A DNA stretch of 63,908 nt, filler included, from Olpidium bornovanus S191 (taxonomy: Eukaryota > Fungi > Olpidiomycota), in the NCBI GenBank assembly GCA_017911155.1. It is 25 parts of 25 records of this genome, joined end to end, with 100 filler letters (N's around TTAATTAATTAA, not from the genome) between each part and the next. Parts side by side here need not be neighbours in the genome. Positions count along the whole stretch, not along the records: positions 47,684 to 50,629 come from JAEFCI010000504.1; positions 50,730 to 51,970 come from JAEFCI010012061.1; positions 52,071 to 53,595 come from JAEFCI010008930.1; positions 53,696 to 55,221 come from JAEFCI010005181.1; positions 55,322 to 58,144 come from JAEFCI010001541.1; positions 58,245 to 61,301 come from JAEFCI010013023.1; positions 61,402 to 63,908 come from JAEFCI010008115.1; 18 more parts are not named here. One strand, written 5' to 3'. Below the pieces are notes generated by a model. The model had not been told where the DNA came from, did no database searches, and saw nothing but the letters and a program-made list of their open reading frames with translations. The position numbers and the translations under genes were made by a program. Shown piece after piece: positions 47,802-61,440 of the stretch; within the stretch, counting starts at the first letter, position 1, and each line of letters starts with the position of its first letter.

Positions 47802-49731
47802 ATGGTGCGTCCGCAGCCCTCAGCCGCATCCCCGTCCTTCCCCGTCCCCATCCCATCCCGTCCCATTCCCGTCCCATCCCATCCCCGCGGCGTTGCCGCG
47901 CGCGCCCCCGGCCGCGCCCGCTGCCGTGCCCGCGGCTTTCTTGCGGGCCCTCTTTCCCCGTGAGCGACGCGCCCGCCGCGGGCCGGGGGAGACGTTTCCC
48001 AAAACCCCCTCGCTCTTACCGGGCCTGGAACACACATCCCCGGGCCCCGTTCTTTGCTCACGCCACGCGACCGCGCGCCGCTCCCCCGTACAGCCGCCCG
48101 TCAGGAAGTCCGGCAAGAAGGTTGCCGCGGCGCCGTTCCCCGCAAAGGGGGCCGCGAAGAAGGCGAAGCCCGTGAACCCGCTCATCAAGCCGAGGCCCAG
48201 GAACTTTGGAATCGGTGGGCGAGCCGTCGTTAGTGTGCGGCCGGGGGGGAGAGAAACCTCCCTGCTGCCGCGCTTTTCTGCCGGAAGCCGGGGGGGGGGG
48301 GGTAGGGACGGCGCGGAGGCTGGGGGTCGTGCGGTCGCGCTCGCGGGAAGAAAGGGGAAGGGAAAAAGAAGGGGGAGGAGGGGGTGGTACAACGGGACGA
48401 GGTTTTTCCGAAACCGCGGAAGAGGCGGGGTTCGCGAGTTCCCGCGGTTCGCCGTGGGGAGGGGCACCCCCTGTGTGCGACGGGTCCGAAGCGCGCCGGA
48501 ATCGTGCCGCAAATTCCCGTGCAGAGCTCCCCGGCGGGTGGCCCGACGTGGTCGTTTTAGCGGATATCGTGACATGTCCGTCCTGCGCCGCCCGGAAGGA
48601 GGGGGGAGTTCCTCCTTTCGTCTACGCCGCGACGACAAAGCAAAACCCCGCCGTGATTGATTGCGGGCGCGCAGGCGTTTCCTTTACACACGATCCCCCC
48701 CTCCTCCCGCACCCCGCCCTCCCGCGCCGTTTCCGCTTCACGTTCGACGACGTGGAACCGGAACCACGTGTGAATCCATGCATCCTGACTAACACGGCGC
48801 CCCGTTCCTGCGCACCCGGCTTTCCCGTCCGTCGGTTCCTGACGGGCGTGGACCAACCGACCTCCAGGCCTTGACATCCAGCCCAAGCGCGACCTCCCCC
48901 GGTTTGTCAAGTGGCCCGAGTACATCCGCCTCCAGCGGCAAGCCAAGATTTTGCGGCAGCGCCTCAAGGTACCCCCCTCCATCAACCAGTTCACCAATGT
49001 TCTCGACAAAAACATAAGTGCGTTGCTGGCAAACCCGCCGATTCCCCTCCGTTTTTTTGTGGTTTTTTTTTTCCCGTTCGCGGGAATGAGGCTGACCTCG
49101 ACCGGGTTTTGTGGTTCGGGTGGCATTAGGCGCCCAGCTTTTCAAACTCTGCAAGAAGTACCGCCCCGAGACTCCCGGCCAGAAGAAGATGCGCCTCCGC
49201 GCCGCCGCCGTGGCCACCGCTGATGGCAAGAAACCTGACCCGGGGAAAAAGCCTGTCGTCCTCAAGTTCGGCATCAACCACATCACTGCTCTTGTGGAGG
49301 CCAAGAAGCCGGCTCTTGTTATGATCGCCTACGACGTCGACCCTATCGAGGTAAAATTGTCCTGCAAGCTGCCAAGATGCGCGCGGTCTTTGGTCTGCTC
49401 TGGATAACTGACGTCTGTGCGCTTTTCCCGTCGTCAGATCGTTCTCTGGCTCCCGGCCCTGTGCCGCAAGATGGGCATCCCGTACTGCATCGTAAAGGAC
49501 AAGGCGCGCCTCGGCAGATTGGTCCACCAGAAGACCGCGACCGCCATCGCCATCGTCGACGTCCTCTCCGAGGACAAGTCGGACTTTTCCTCGATCGTCT
49601 CTGCCGTGAAGGCCAACTACAACGACAAGGCCGAGGAGATCCGCCGCACTTGGGGCGGGGGTATAATGGGCCCCAAAAGCCAGGCCGCCGCGCGCAAGAA
49701 GCTCGCGGCCGCCAGCGAGAACACCAAATAG
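47802..49731 (+). CDS. RPL8: 60S ribosomal protein eL8 (L8/L7a), complete, 5 exons; exon 1 contributes only the ATG
   Basis: ATG|intron; [14 protein letters not shown]|[24 protein letters not shown]...[10 protein letters not shown]; KYRPET; DVDPIE|[26 protein letters not shown]; [13 protein letters not shown]. Confidence 0.96.
47827..47887 (+). repeat. Pentamer repeat (CCCAT/CCCGT)n in RPL8 intron 1
   Basis: catccccgtccttccccgtccccatcccatcccgtcccattcccgtcccatcccatcccc. Confidence 0.75.
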
Positions 49732-50007
49732 TTTTTGTTCGGCGAGCGGACGGATAAGAAGCGTTTAATGGCAATCGTTTTGAAGTTTATTCCAGCACCG
49801 CTGATTGTTTGTCGCGTCTTGTGAGATATGCGGTTTTTTTCTTGTGTGTGCGGGAGGGGAAGGGGTGGGGAGGTTCAAAAAGGGGGTCGGGTTCTTTTGT
49901 CGACAGAGAGTCCGGTTTGGCAGAACCATCCGTCCGAGACGGGCACTCTGTGGATCCGCGTTCACAATTCCCGAGCGGCGGTTCCTTTGGTATGTTGGGG
50001 GGAATCT

Positions 50008-50057
50008 CAATCTCTCTCTCTCTCTCTCTGCTCTTTCTCTCTCTCTCTCTCTCTCTG

Positions 50058-50093
<36 letters not shown>

Positions 50094-50110
50094 CTTTCCC
50101 TCCCTCTCCC
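50008..50110 (+). repeat. Compound (CT)n microsatellite with repeated GCTCTTT interruptions
   Basis: (ct)n-gctcttt-(ct)n-gctcttt-(ct)n-gctcttt. Confidence 0.85.
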
Positions 50111-51198
50111 TCTCTTCTCTCTCTTCTTTATCTCTTTTCGCTCGTCTCTTTGCCTCCCTGCCCCGCTTCGCGCGCCGCCCGATTTCCCCCTTCCGCCCCG
50201 CCCAGAACAAACAGGAAAACAAAAAAAAAAAAAAAAAAATTAAAAAGTTAAGGGGAAACCACAGAAAAAAATCTCTCACAGCCGAGAGGGAAAGAGAGAG
50301 AAAGCGAGAGAGAGAAAGAGATGCAGAGACAGAGCAGAGCAGCGAGGCCGAGGGAGAGCAGCGAGGGGGCGACACCGTAAAAAAAAAAAAAAGAGAGTGA
50401 GAGGGAGGAAGAAAGGCGCCTCCTTGCCGGCTTCATCCCTCCTGGCCCCTCTCCCCCTCCCCCATCCCTTTTTCCCGCCGCGCGCCTGCCGGCCGCCCCT
50501 CCCTTCCTTCCCCCCCGGCATTTCTCCCATTTTTTTTTCTCATTTTTTTTTTTTTTTTTTTTCCTCCCTCGCGCCTCCTCCGCACACCGCACCACCACCA
50601 AAACCACACGCAAAACCATAACCCACCCANNNNNNNNNNNNNNNNNNNNNNNNNNNNNNNNNNNNNNNNNNNNTTAATTAATTAANNNNNNNNNNNNNNN
50701 NNNNNNNNNNNNNNNNNNNNNNNNNNNNNCCCCCTTTTTTTTGCCTCCTCCTCGCGAGCGTTTTCCCGTCGGGACGATCGGATCGGCCCGTATCCGGTTC
50801 TCCTTTTCGTTGTCGTTCAAGCGGCCCGCGTTGTCTCACACGCCCCCATGCCCCGTGTCTTTCCTCCCCCCCCCGCCCCCTTCCTTCTTCCTTCCACACC
50901 CCGGCCTCCTCTTGGGCACGTGTCTCCCCCCCCCCCCTTGGATGAGCGCCAAGAAAAAGCCGGAAACGAAAAAAGTTGGCGTTGAGGAAAGGGAAGAGGG
51001 GGAAGTGGTGCAGATCGGGTTGACCGGAGGAATGAGGGCCGTAAAGGGAAGGGGGCGGGAGACGCCCAGGAGGAAAGAAGGTCTGGGCCTTCTTTTCGCC
51101 CACCTTCGCCCCCGCCTCCCCCGCCCCTCAAGCCCGCGATACATTTTTTTTTTTTGTCACGGGCGAGAGATTTGCGCAAGGGAACGGCGGAAGCGGGG

Positions 51199-51232
<34 letters not shown>

Positions 51233-51644
51233 AGCGACGGTGCGTGGGAAAGCCACACGCTGACGAAACGAAAAAAAAAAAAAGAAAAATATAAAAAAAC
51301 GCATATAAAAAAGAAAAGGCAAGGGAAAAGGGGGTGAGGGGGTGAGGGGGTGACGGGCGGGGGGTTGTCTTCCCGCCGTTCGCCCCAAGGAAAATCCCCC
51401 GCCCCCACGGTTCTTTCCGCCGCTGCCGCCGCCCGCCGCAAGTTGCGGACCTGCGCCGCTTTTTTTCCCTCCCCTTCCCCCCCCCCCCCCCCTTCCTTTT
51501 CCCCCCCCCCCCCCCCCCTTTCCCTCTCCCCCTTCACCCCCGGCCGCACGCAGGAGGAGGAGGAGGAAGAGGAGGAGGAGCGGGCAGGCGGGAAAGGGGA
51601 AAATGGGGTGGTTTCAATAAAAAAATCCGGAGAGAGAGAGAGAA

Positions 51645-51678
<34 letters not shown>

Positions 51679-51774
51679 TTTCTCCTCCCCTCTCTCTCTC
51701 TTTTTTCCCCCCCTTCCCTCGTTTCCGCAGCCGGGGAAACACCGCGCCGCCCCGCCGCGCGCATTCAACCCGCC

Positions 51775-51820
51775 ATGGCGAGCGTGGGGATACCGGTGAA
51801 GCTGTTGCACGAAGCCCAGG
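51775..51820 (+). CDS. SMD3: Small nuclear ribonucleoprotein Sm D3, first exon only
   Basis: MASVGIPVKLLHEAQG followed by donor GTACGG; matches the SmD3 N-terminus (MSIGVPIKLLHEAxGH). Confidence 0.85.
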
Positions 51821-51916
51821 GTACGGCGGGGGGCGGAAAACGGAAAAGCGAGCGAGCGAGCGAGCGGACGGGGCGGAAGCGCGCGCGCGAAAACTTTACG
51901 GGGGGGGGGGGAGGAA

Positions 51917-51964
<48 letters not shown>

Positions 51965-53442
51965 CGTCTCNNNNNNNNNNNNNNNNNNNNNNNNNNNNNN
52001 NNNNNNNNNNNNNNTTAATTAATTAANNNNNNNNNNNNNNNNNNNNNNNNNNNNNNNNNNNNNNNNNNNNCATGCAGAGGACGCAGGAGGAATGGATGGA
52101 TTTGATGGTGAACAAATCTTTCCCTGATTTGTACACTAAATATTCGACGTCCCTGATTTTTTGAGTACCCAGTATTCAAAGGCGTGCGGGACATTCTGTG
52201 TCCTTTCTCGCAGTGCCTATTCCGGTCGCAATGCCTATTCCGGTTGAAAAAAAGTATTCTCACCTCCTTAAGGAGACAGTGCCGTACGCACGTCAGCTCA
52301 GGCTTCAAGCTGCGTACTCTTTTTTTTTGTCCTAGTATTACTATTGCCTTCCCGGTGCTAAATACAACGAAAGCTTTCTTTGGTGTTTGAATTGGTTTGC
52401 ATGGTCTGTTGTCATATGCTACTCTGTGACTGCAAAAACCGAAGGGAACCAAACGCCATCGTTTTCCTGCCATCCTCTGTCTCTGTTCACCGGAACGGCC
52501 TTCCAAGGAAGACACCAATGCTAATCATAGTCCCGTACTATTAAGGAAAACTTGCTCTGCTAGATGCACCCCTTCTGCTAAACCTTACTCATGTCTTTCT
52601 TCGTTGCAGCGGCTCGGGTCCGCCGCGAAGTCGGCTTACTCCTTCATTTCTTTTATAAAGGGTGGGGTAGGGTGTGTGGTGAGGAGGGCGGAATGGAGGC
52701 TGTGATGGGGGGGGATGTCGGCCTGAAGAGAAAGAAAAGGGAGAGGCGGAGGAAGAAGACCGACCATCCGGTGGCGACCAGTAAAACCCCAGCCACGCCA
52801 AGTTTTTTTTCCCCTTGTCACGTGGCACGCCCCTTTCTCTCCGACGAGGCCAGCCCACCTCATTCCCCGGCCGGAGGTGTCCTGAAGCCCGGGAGAGGAC
52901 ACGGGGACAGAAACGGAAACGAGGAAAGAGCGTTTGTGGTTCAGAGCGTGACGGGGACTCTCAAACTGCCACAACTGTGTTTTGTCTATGTTAAAATTCA
53001 TAAAACAGCACTTGCACAAAATTCACTTCGCGACAGTTTCTCTTTTTCATACCTGTCTGTCACTTTTTTTGGCACCAATGAGGGAGCCAAAAAAGGATAC
53101 AAATAACGAGGCAAAAGGCCGATCGGTGGAGATTTTGCACCGATTTCTGTTTTAAGAGTGTTAAGTAAAAAAGCAGAGGATGGATGAGGATGTCATACAT
53201 AACACCAGCGAGGCCCGCGCGGCGCCGGAAAAGAAGTCGAGGATCGCTGCTTTTTGCGGCTGCGGGTCGAAGTTGATGACGGCGGTCGGAAGAGGCGGCG
53301 GGGGACGCGCACGTGACCTCCGCCAAGTGACTCTCCCACCCCGCCCGCCCGCCCGCCCGACGCCCCCCGCCCGGCTCAACGCCAAAACACGCGCGCTGGC
53401 TCCAGAGGGAATCGGAGACGCCGCCGCCACAACCCGAACGGC

Positions 53443-53484
<42 letters not shown>

Positions 53485-54098
53485 GGGCGCCCCCCAAAAA
53501 AAAAGGGGAAGGGGGGCGCAAGAAGACCCCCGCGAACCCCGTTACCCCGGGGGGGGGGGGCCTCATTTTGCACCCCCCCCCGGGGGGGAGCCCCCNNNNN
53601 NNNNNNNNNNNNNNNNNNNNNNNNNNNNNNNNNNNNNNNTTAATTAATTAANNNNNNNNNNNNNNNNNNNNNNNNNNNNNNNNNNNNNNNNNNNNAATGA
53701 CCAGTTGTGTGGAAATTGGGCTTGACCAGTCTGCGGGGGAGGAGAGTGATGTGTCTATCTCTGGGTGTGGTGGTCACGGGTCTCCCTCCCTCTCAGCTCC
53801 CTCTCCGTGCGCATGCCCCCGTCTGGCAGGAGGAGGCGGCACCCGCTCCGCTCCCCTCCTCCTCCCCGTCGTTCGTTGCTCGCCCCGCCCCGCACCGACC
53901 TTCCCCGCACTGGGCCACACTCCTTGGGAGGACGGGAGCCAGGGAACGAGAGCGAGCGAGAGAGAAGAGGCCCGTCTCTTCCGCCCTCCCGGCCAGAGCC
54001 AGAGTCGAGAACGTCCAGAACCTGACGCCCCCGGACGGGAAAACCCGTCCCCGACGCGGCCGCCCCCTTCTTCCCCCCGGCCTCGGCGCCTCCCGAAA

Positions 54099-55130
54099 AT
54101 GTCCGGACTGACCCGGTCGTCGGGGCTCGCGCGGACGAACGCCGTCATCACAAAGCGCACCCGCCCCATGATGCCGGCGCCGCTGAACGTGACGCCCGAG
54201 GGCCTGAGGCCGCCCGCGGGCCACGCCGGCGCGCCGCCCGGCCCGGTCGCGACCTCCGCCGCCCGCCCGCCGCCGGCGCCCTTGGCCGGCGCGGTGCAGG
54301 CGGGCGGTTCGAGCGCGCCGGACTCTCACGCCTCGGTTTCCGGTGGCGTGCTCACGGCGAAATATTTCGAGACGTACATGACTTGCAGGGCCGGAGAGGA
54401 AGCGGGCGGCGGCGGTGGTGCCGACGCGCCGGAAGGCGGGGGGCAAGCCATGCACGGAAGCGTCGCCGCCCTACAGCACAACATGCCCGCCCCGATAGAC
54501 CTCCGGAAGGAGCTTTTCGAGCTGCTGGCAAGGCTGGGCGAGGGATCGAGCGGGACCGTTTTCAAAGTCAGACATATACCCACAGGCCAGCACATGGCCA
54601 AGAAGGTAGGGAAACCGAGGACGCCGGGGAAGGGGCAGGGGGTGCGGGGTGCTGTGTGTGTGTGGAGCGCGCGTGTGTTTGAATGAGTGCGTGTTTGTGT
54701 GCAGGCGTCCGCCCTGACCTGAGAGTTGCCGTGCTCCCCAACGGAGGTCGACCGTCGTTGGGTTCACCGCAGCTCCAAACGGGTGCTGTATGTCCGTTGG
54801 CCAAATCGCGCGAGGCTGACTTCCTTCGGGCGGCGTAGACGATATCCACGGCGCCGAACACGGACATCCAGAAACAAATCATCCGCGAGCTGAGCTTTTT
54901 GCGGACGTGTCACTCGCCCAACATTGTCTCTTTTTACGGGGCAACGCTGGAAGACGCGGACACCTCCATCTGCATTTACATGGAGTACCTCGACGCCGGG
55001 TCCCTGGACAGCATATACAAGAGCGTCCGGGACCATGGCGGCTGCATCGGCGAAGGCGTCCTAGGAAAGGTTGCCGAAGCGGTCCTGAAAGGGCTTACGT
55101 ACCTCCACGGTAGGCATATAATACACAGAG
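54099..55130 (+). CDS. MAP kinase kinase, MKK1/Pek1-like, 3'-truncated
   Basis: N-terminal docking-like motif KRTRPMMPAPLNV; LGEGSSGTVFKV...MAKK; KQIIRELSFLRTCHSPNIVSFYG; MEYLDAGSLDSIYK; VLGKVAEAVLKGLTYLHGRHIIHR. Confidence 0.92.
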
Positions 55131-55330
55131 GTACGGTGTTCGTCCCGCTCGGTCGGCCTGTACGTCCCGTTGTTCGTGGTCGAGGCGTGCCGGGACATTG
55201 CAGATGACGAGTTTTCGCATGNNNNNNNNNNNNNNNNNNNNNNNNNNNNNNNNNNNNNNNNNNNNTTAATTAATTAANNNNNNNNNNNNNNNNNNNNNNN
55301 NNNNNNNNNNNNNNNNNNNNNAACCGCCCC

Positions 55331-55364
<34 letters not shown>

Positions 55365-55420
55365 CCCGCCCCCCGCTGCCGACCCCATCGAAGGAAAAGG
55401 GTGCCCGCTTCGCACCCGCG

Positions 55421-57574
55421 ATGTTTCAGACCCCGAGTCACTCCGTGTTTCCGCTCGAAGTCGCCGCCAGCCCCGCCGCGGGGCGCCCGCAGCAGCAGCA
55501 GCTCCACAACTACCACCAGCAGCAGCAGCAGCTCCAGCAGCAGTACCAGCACCAGCTGCTGCTTGCGCAAGGGAACGGAAGCAGCAATGCTCCGGGGCAA
55601 CCGTTACTCGGGTTCGCGGCTGCGCCGGCGGCGGCTGTTTCCCCTGCGGCCGACAGGAGCCTGCTCGGCCCGGAGTACCTCCACCTCCACCACCCCGGCA
55701 CACCGCAGCACCCCGCTTTGCAGCAGCTCCGGCAGTTCCAGCAGTCTATCGGTGTCGCGGCCGCATCGCCGCGTCCGAACCAATTCGCGCTGACCCAGCA
55801 GTCGCCCGCCACGGCATTGCAAGTCAGCGCGCTAGAGCAGCAGCATCAGCAGCCGCTCGCGTTCACGAACGGCAGTATCGCGGTTTTCCCGTCTCCAGGC
55901 GACCCGCTGCAGCGTTTGCCGCAGAGCATGTATGCGCATCAGGCCAGGCCCTACGGCAGTCCGGATATCTTCGCAGCGTACCCGCTCCAAGACACTGCCC
56001 CGCATTCACCGCAGTCGCTCATGGGACTGCACGGGCCTCGTCACGTGCCGCACCAGTCGGTCAGCCCCACCAAGGCTGGCGCTGGCAAAGCCGTGACCGG
56101 TGCATTGCAGCCACCTGTGTACGCCGTCGGAAGCCTCCGGGCCGATTTGCAGCCCAAGGTAAGCGGGACGGGCCACTGAATGGCAGCGAACGCTTCGTCT
56201 CCACGTGCTGATTCTGCCTTCGGCGATGCTGACCGTGATGCCCTCTGTGTTCTTCGTGGCCTTTCCGACTGTCCGCACCTTTTTTCGGCTGCTCGCAAAC
56301 CAGCCGGCTCCATTTTTCACTGGCGATGCCGCGCCGCCGAAGTGAGTTCCGCGTCGACGTTCCCTTCATATTCGATTACCTCGTTACGTATCGGAGAACT
56401 GATCACGTCACTGTCTTAGTTTGGGCAAAACGTCACAGTCGGAAAGTTTTTCAGCCAATCCCTCAGCAAGCGCAGGGTTTAGTTTTTTGGAAGCAGAACG
56501 GCCGGCTCGGTATGCGTCCTAATTTCCATCACGGAAATATTTCCGCGTGCCGTACACTTCTAACGCGACTCTGTTCACCCCCAGTATGCTGGCCGAAGAT
56601 GGAACCTCTGTCCCTATCGATGACGACGCGCCGCCAATCCAACCCTTGGGCAGCGGTCCTCACATCGCAGACGACTACCAGAATATTCAAAGCAGTTCGG
56701 TGCGTAATGGCAGACGTTTGCGCTCGCCTGAAGTTTTGGGGGGGGCCGACAACTCAGGCTTCCTTCTATAGGTATGAGCTATCATGTCTTCCAGTACGCA
56801 GACGTCATTTACGGCCATTGGCGAAATGGGAACGACTTATGTTGACATTTTTGATTTCAAAGGTCGGATCTGCTGATAAAACGTCCATTCCACCTCGCTT
56901 GCGCAGCCCACGTACAAAGCTGCAGCATATGCGAACGATGGGTCGGTGGCTTCCATGTGCTTTGGCCATGGAAGGTTTACGGCAGGCTGACATAAATTCT
57001 TACAATATCTGTTAGCATATCTTCTGGCGACATCACGAACAGCGTGATAATTTTCGGCTTTCCGCTGGAGGCAACCTCGTACATACTGTCGAAATTTCGG
57101 AATTACGGCGAAATTGTTTGTCACAAGGCCAGCCCTGACGCTGAAAATTGGCTAATAGCCACGTACGCCACGCGGTTGGGAGCTCAGACGGCCCTTGCAG
57201 AAAACGGCCGTGTTTTTGGCGGGCAGCTCATGATTGGTGTACTGCCGGCGCCGGAAGGTGAGGCAACGGAAGATGGCGTCCCCGCGGCGCCGCGAATGTC
57301 TGCCAGCCCTACGAAGGGCCCGGCCGCTTCCGGATTGTTGCCGCCGCTATCGCCAACAGGACCTCCGGTCGACGGTGCGCCCTCCTCGGCCGTCGGGAGC
57401 AAGCAGACCGTCGTCCCTAAAACGGCGCAGATATTCCACACGCAGACTGGTTCGACGGAACGTAACCAGAGTCCGCGGCGGGACGGCGGCGGTGAAAGGG
57501 AGAACCAGAGCGACGCGAAGAAGGCAGAGAACCGGGTGTACCAGAAGATCACCAACGCACTTTGGGGCTGGTGA
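55421..57574 (+). CDS. NUP53: Nucleoporin Nup53/Nup35 (RRM-like domain), spliced; Gln-rich N-terminus
   Basis: IIFGFPLEATSYILSKFRNYGEIV...NWLIATYATRLGAQTALAENGRVFGGQLMIGV; C-terminal amphipathic KITNALWGW*; 5' start less certain. Confidence 0.9.
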
Positions 57575-58244
57575 CCCGGGCGACGGCGAACACGTCGCGA
57601 CCACTTTCACATTTGAATTTTTTTCCGTTTGCACGGGTCGATCCACGTGTTTTATTCTTTATTATCGCGTGTTCATCCCTCTTGACCTGTCGAAGCGTTT
57701 CATACCCCACCTGAAGAACCTTGCCGTTATTTTCCCGTTCGGGAGAGAAGTCCGAAGCTTTACTTCACGTAGCCTCTTGCATTTTCTAAGCAGATAGGAG
57801 GGAGTAGGCTTAATAGTCAGGCCGCCGTCGGGATATACATTCAGTATGCTCCCTCACAATGCGTTTGTGGTCTCCGCCCCGTGAAAACACGTGTCCGCTT
57901 CACCTGGACGCTCGACAACCGCGCGTACATCGAGAAATGTTCGCTTTTCTCAACACTGCGGTAATTACGGCGTCCAACGCGCGCCGGCCGGTGGTTGGGC
58001 GGGCAAATTTTTCCAGGGATGCGAGCCGAAGACGACGCGGCACAATTGTAACAGAGAGAGAGAGAGGAAGAGAAAGACGGTTGAACTGGCCGGCTGTCAC
58101 GCGCGCCGCGGTGGGTCGTCCCCGTGGAACCGTCAGCAAACATGNNNNNNNNNNNNNNNNNNNNNNNNNNNNNNNNNNNNNNNNNNNNTTAATTAATTAA
58201 NNNNNNNNNNNNNNNNNNNNNNNNNNNNNNNNNNNNNNNNNNNN

Positions 58245-58546
<302 letters not shown>

Positions 58547-58703
58547 TACTTTACGCAGCGCTGTTCGCAGTCTCGGGAATGTCGAACGTTAGGAAGACTG
58601 ATTCGTCTGTTTATTGCGCGATTTCCCCCTTGTTTCGCCGCCTGGCTGTTTCGTCGTCGAAGCTCGCTTGCCGTGGGCTGACGTTTTCGCTACCCCTCTC
58701 TTT

Positions 58704-58747
<44 letters not shown>

Positions 58748-59750
58748 CGTTTTCCGCGGCCCCATTCTCTGCGGTCGTGTCCCTTCCGTTTGTGCTCTCT
58801 TCTCAGTCTGCCTCTTGTTAGAAAGGTTCCCCCAGACGACGCCCCAAGAACAGAGATCCCCTTTTGTGTGAGATTCAAGTTTTCCGCCATGAAACCTGTC
58901 TTCCGTTATCGTTTGGAGCCCAATAACTGGAATCTCGTTATGTGGTCTTTTGGCGTTCTCCCCCATCAATAACCTTGCGGCCATCATAGCAGTAACCGCA
59001 CCTTGAGGCCACCTACAGCCTCCTCAATGCCGACCAACAAAACCATCACTGCGGCGGATACGTTCGGCCTTAAATTAGAGTAAAACACGCATCTCCCTTC
59101 GCGCATCAACTGGCAGTCCCGGCGCAATGCAGCGTTACATCCTGCACGCACCCGCCTTTGCGCGTCCGCGCGCATCGGGCCGTTCTCGTTCGCCTATTTT
59201 GCGCGAGCACCCCGACCGCCGACGTTTCATTTGGCGTGGCGATGGCGGCGGTTTTGCGAACGGGACCAGCAAGATTCGCAGGCGACGCAGGGTCTTGTGC
59301 GGGAAGCCTCGGGTTTCCAATTCTCCGGCAGAATTCCAAAGCCCTTCGGGCGCTCTCTCCATTTTCCAAAATTCTATCGGGCCCTCTGCCGCGAGGTTGC
59401 CTGTACAGAAAACGGCGGGGAGGCGCGAACGGGCAGCGTCCGCGCATAACCTGACAGCGGGGCGGAGGGTGCGGCCGCCGGGCGGGGGAAAACGCGCTTC
59501 CAGGGTTTTGTTTCCCAACAGGCGCCCGTCGCCATCTCTTCCCCTTCCCTCCCGCCCGCCCGCCCCGCCCACCCACACGCCTCGCGAAAAATCGCCGGCG
59601 GGGGACAACCAAAACCTTCCCTTGGGCCAGAGGGTGGCGCGCTTGGACATCGAAGGTGCTGCGCACGACTCACCCCCACCGTGGCTGGGATAGCTGCCGC
59701 GCCGGCCGAGACCCGCATACAGTTGCAGAGAGAACAGAGAGAAGGGCACC

Positions 59751-60726
59751 ATGGGTTACGGCGCGAGGAAGCTCACGGGCATATCCCGGATAGCCAACAT
59801 GGTCAGGGACATGCATCCGGTCCTCGGCCACGAGAAGCGGCTCAAGGAGTTGACGCCGGTCGTTGCAAGGGGGCGGAACGGGCTGGGCGCGTTCGTGCTG
59901 CCGCTGCGAAAGCTGCAGTTCAACTATCAGGAGTACCTGCCGCGAAGTGAGGGCCTGAAGTACGTAAACTTGGGTCGCCCGGGCAGGCCGGTCCAGTCTT
60001 GGGAACGCCCGGCGGAAAGCACCGCTGTGTGCATGCCGGGCGCGTCTTCGAAGTGAAACCGAGAAAGACTTCGCAAAAGTTCGGCCGTTTTGCCTACTGG
60101 ATGTCTTCGACCACGTCGTTACCTGCCATCAGCCAGGCCTTCTGATGCGTTGTTTATTGTGCGCCTTTTCGGGCACCTCTCGACCACTGCAAAAGCCGGC
60201 GCTGCCAATGGCATAACGAGGCTGCCACACAGTGTGTTTGCCTGACATTCTAACGTCGTTTCGTCCGACCTCCCGCATGGTTAGCGAGTATCTGGTTCAG
60301 CACGTGGCGACTTTTGCCGCGGAAAACCCCGGCGTGGAAATAATCGTTAAACCGGCGCGGACGTCGACTACAATAACGGGTTTCTACAGTACGTGTGCGA
60401 TTTTTCCGCTCGCGCCCGCGGCCGGGCACGCTCCTCTCCTTGCGGATACTCCGTTGCTTTTTTCCGGGTATCTTAGTCGGCTCTGTAATCGCCTCCTGAC
60501 AAGTCGTTACCTCTCCAACCTGCACTGTGCCGCTTTTCCAGTCAACGGCAATTCTGTCACGACTCACGTGTACATGAAGTCCGCTGAAAACATAAAGGAT
60601 ATCGTCGAGTACCTAAAAAACATATCCGGCTCTCCGCGCGAGTACCACCGCGACCCGGTCCGCTCGACCAACGAGAGTGTTCGTGGCATCTGGTCGCCTT
60701 TCAACGCCGCACCTCACGTTATCTAG
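59751..60726 (+). CDS. MRPL51: Mitochondrial ribosomal protein mL43 (MRPL51), spliced
   Basis: GRNGLGAFVLPLRKLQFNY; FAAENPGVEIIV; NG...; VRSTNESVRGIWSPF. Confidence 0.85.
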
Positions 60727-61440
60727 AAAAGTATTTGTTTTTTTTGCACCTTTAGAAGGTACGCACGTTGGATAATCAATCATCTCGCCAGCTTGTAAAA
60801 AACCAAACTGCACAGCATTGTCAGATGGAGCACAGTGTTTGTCCGTGGTTTCTTTTGCGGTTCGCCTTTGCGGGGAATTCTGAAGACATTTTTGCGCCCG
60901 CACCGTGAGGTTGGAGGCTTTGCCACCGGCTGAGCCGTATGCGACCTAATTCCAGGATTTCCCAACGGCGACGTGGCAACATACAATGCCGGGGTTTGCC
61001 CTGGTATTTTCCGGCGAAAACGTAGGTAGAAATGTTGCCCAAATGGACACTTTTTGTATTTGATATTATTGGGCCCCTGGGCGTTGTAAATACTGTAGAG
61101 GGCGGGCCAGGACCTTGCCCACGTATCTCCGCCCCATCTTTAATCTGCGCGTCTGCGCTAGCAGCGGCCTATGCAATTGTCATGTCGGGGAGTGCCTTCC
61201 TGATCTAGGCTCCCCTTTTCGCAGCATCCTCCTCGGCAGCTAAACGCTGTTCCCTCTCCAATCGCTTTTTTCCCGCGGCCTTTTCCCGCATTTTTTTTGC
61301 CNNNNNNNNNNNNNNNNNNNNNNNNNNNNNNNNNNNNNNNNNNNNTTAATTAATTAANNNNNNNNNNNNNNNNNNNNNNNNNNNNNNNNNNNNNNNNNNN
61401 NCATGCCGGAAAAGCGTTCCGACGCGCTGCGGACGCATAC

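Noticed and set aside
48207-48868. Intron-hosted snoRNA in the long RPL8 intron 2
   Set aside because: No convincing paired C and D boxes or H/ACA hairpins found by eye; would need Infernal/snoscan.
50730-51700. Poly-Pro, poly-Gly, poly-Lys and poly-Phe ORFs here and elsewhere
   Set aside because: Translations of homopolymer and microsatellite tracts in non-coding DNA.
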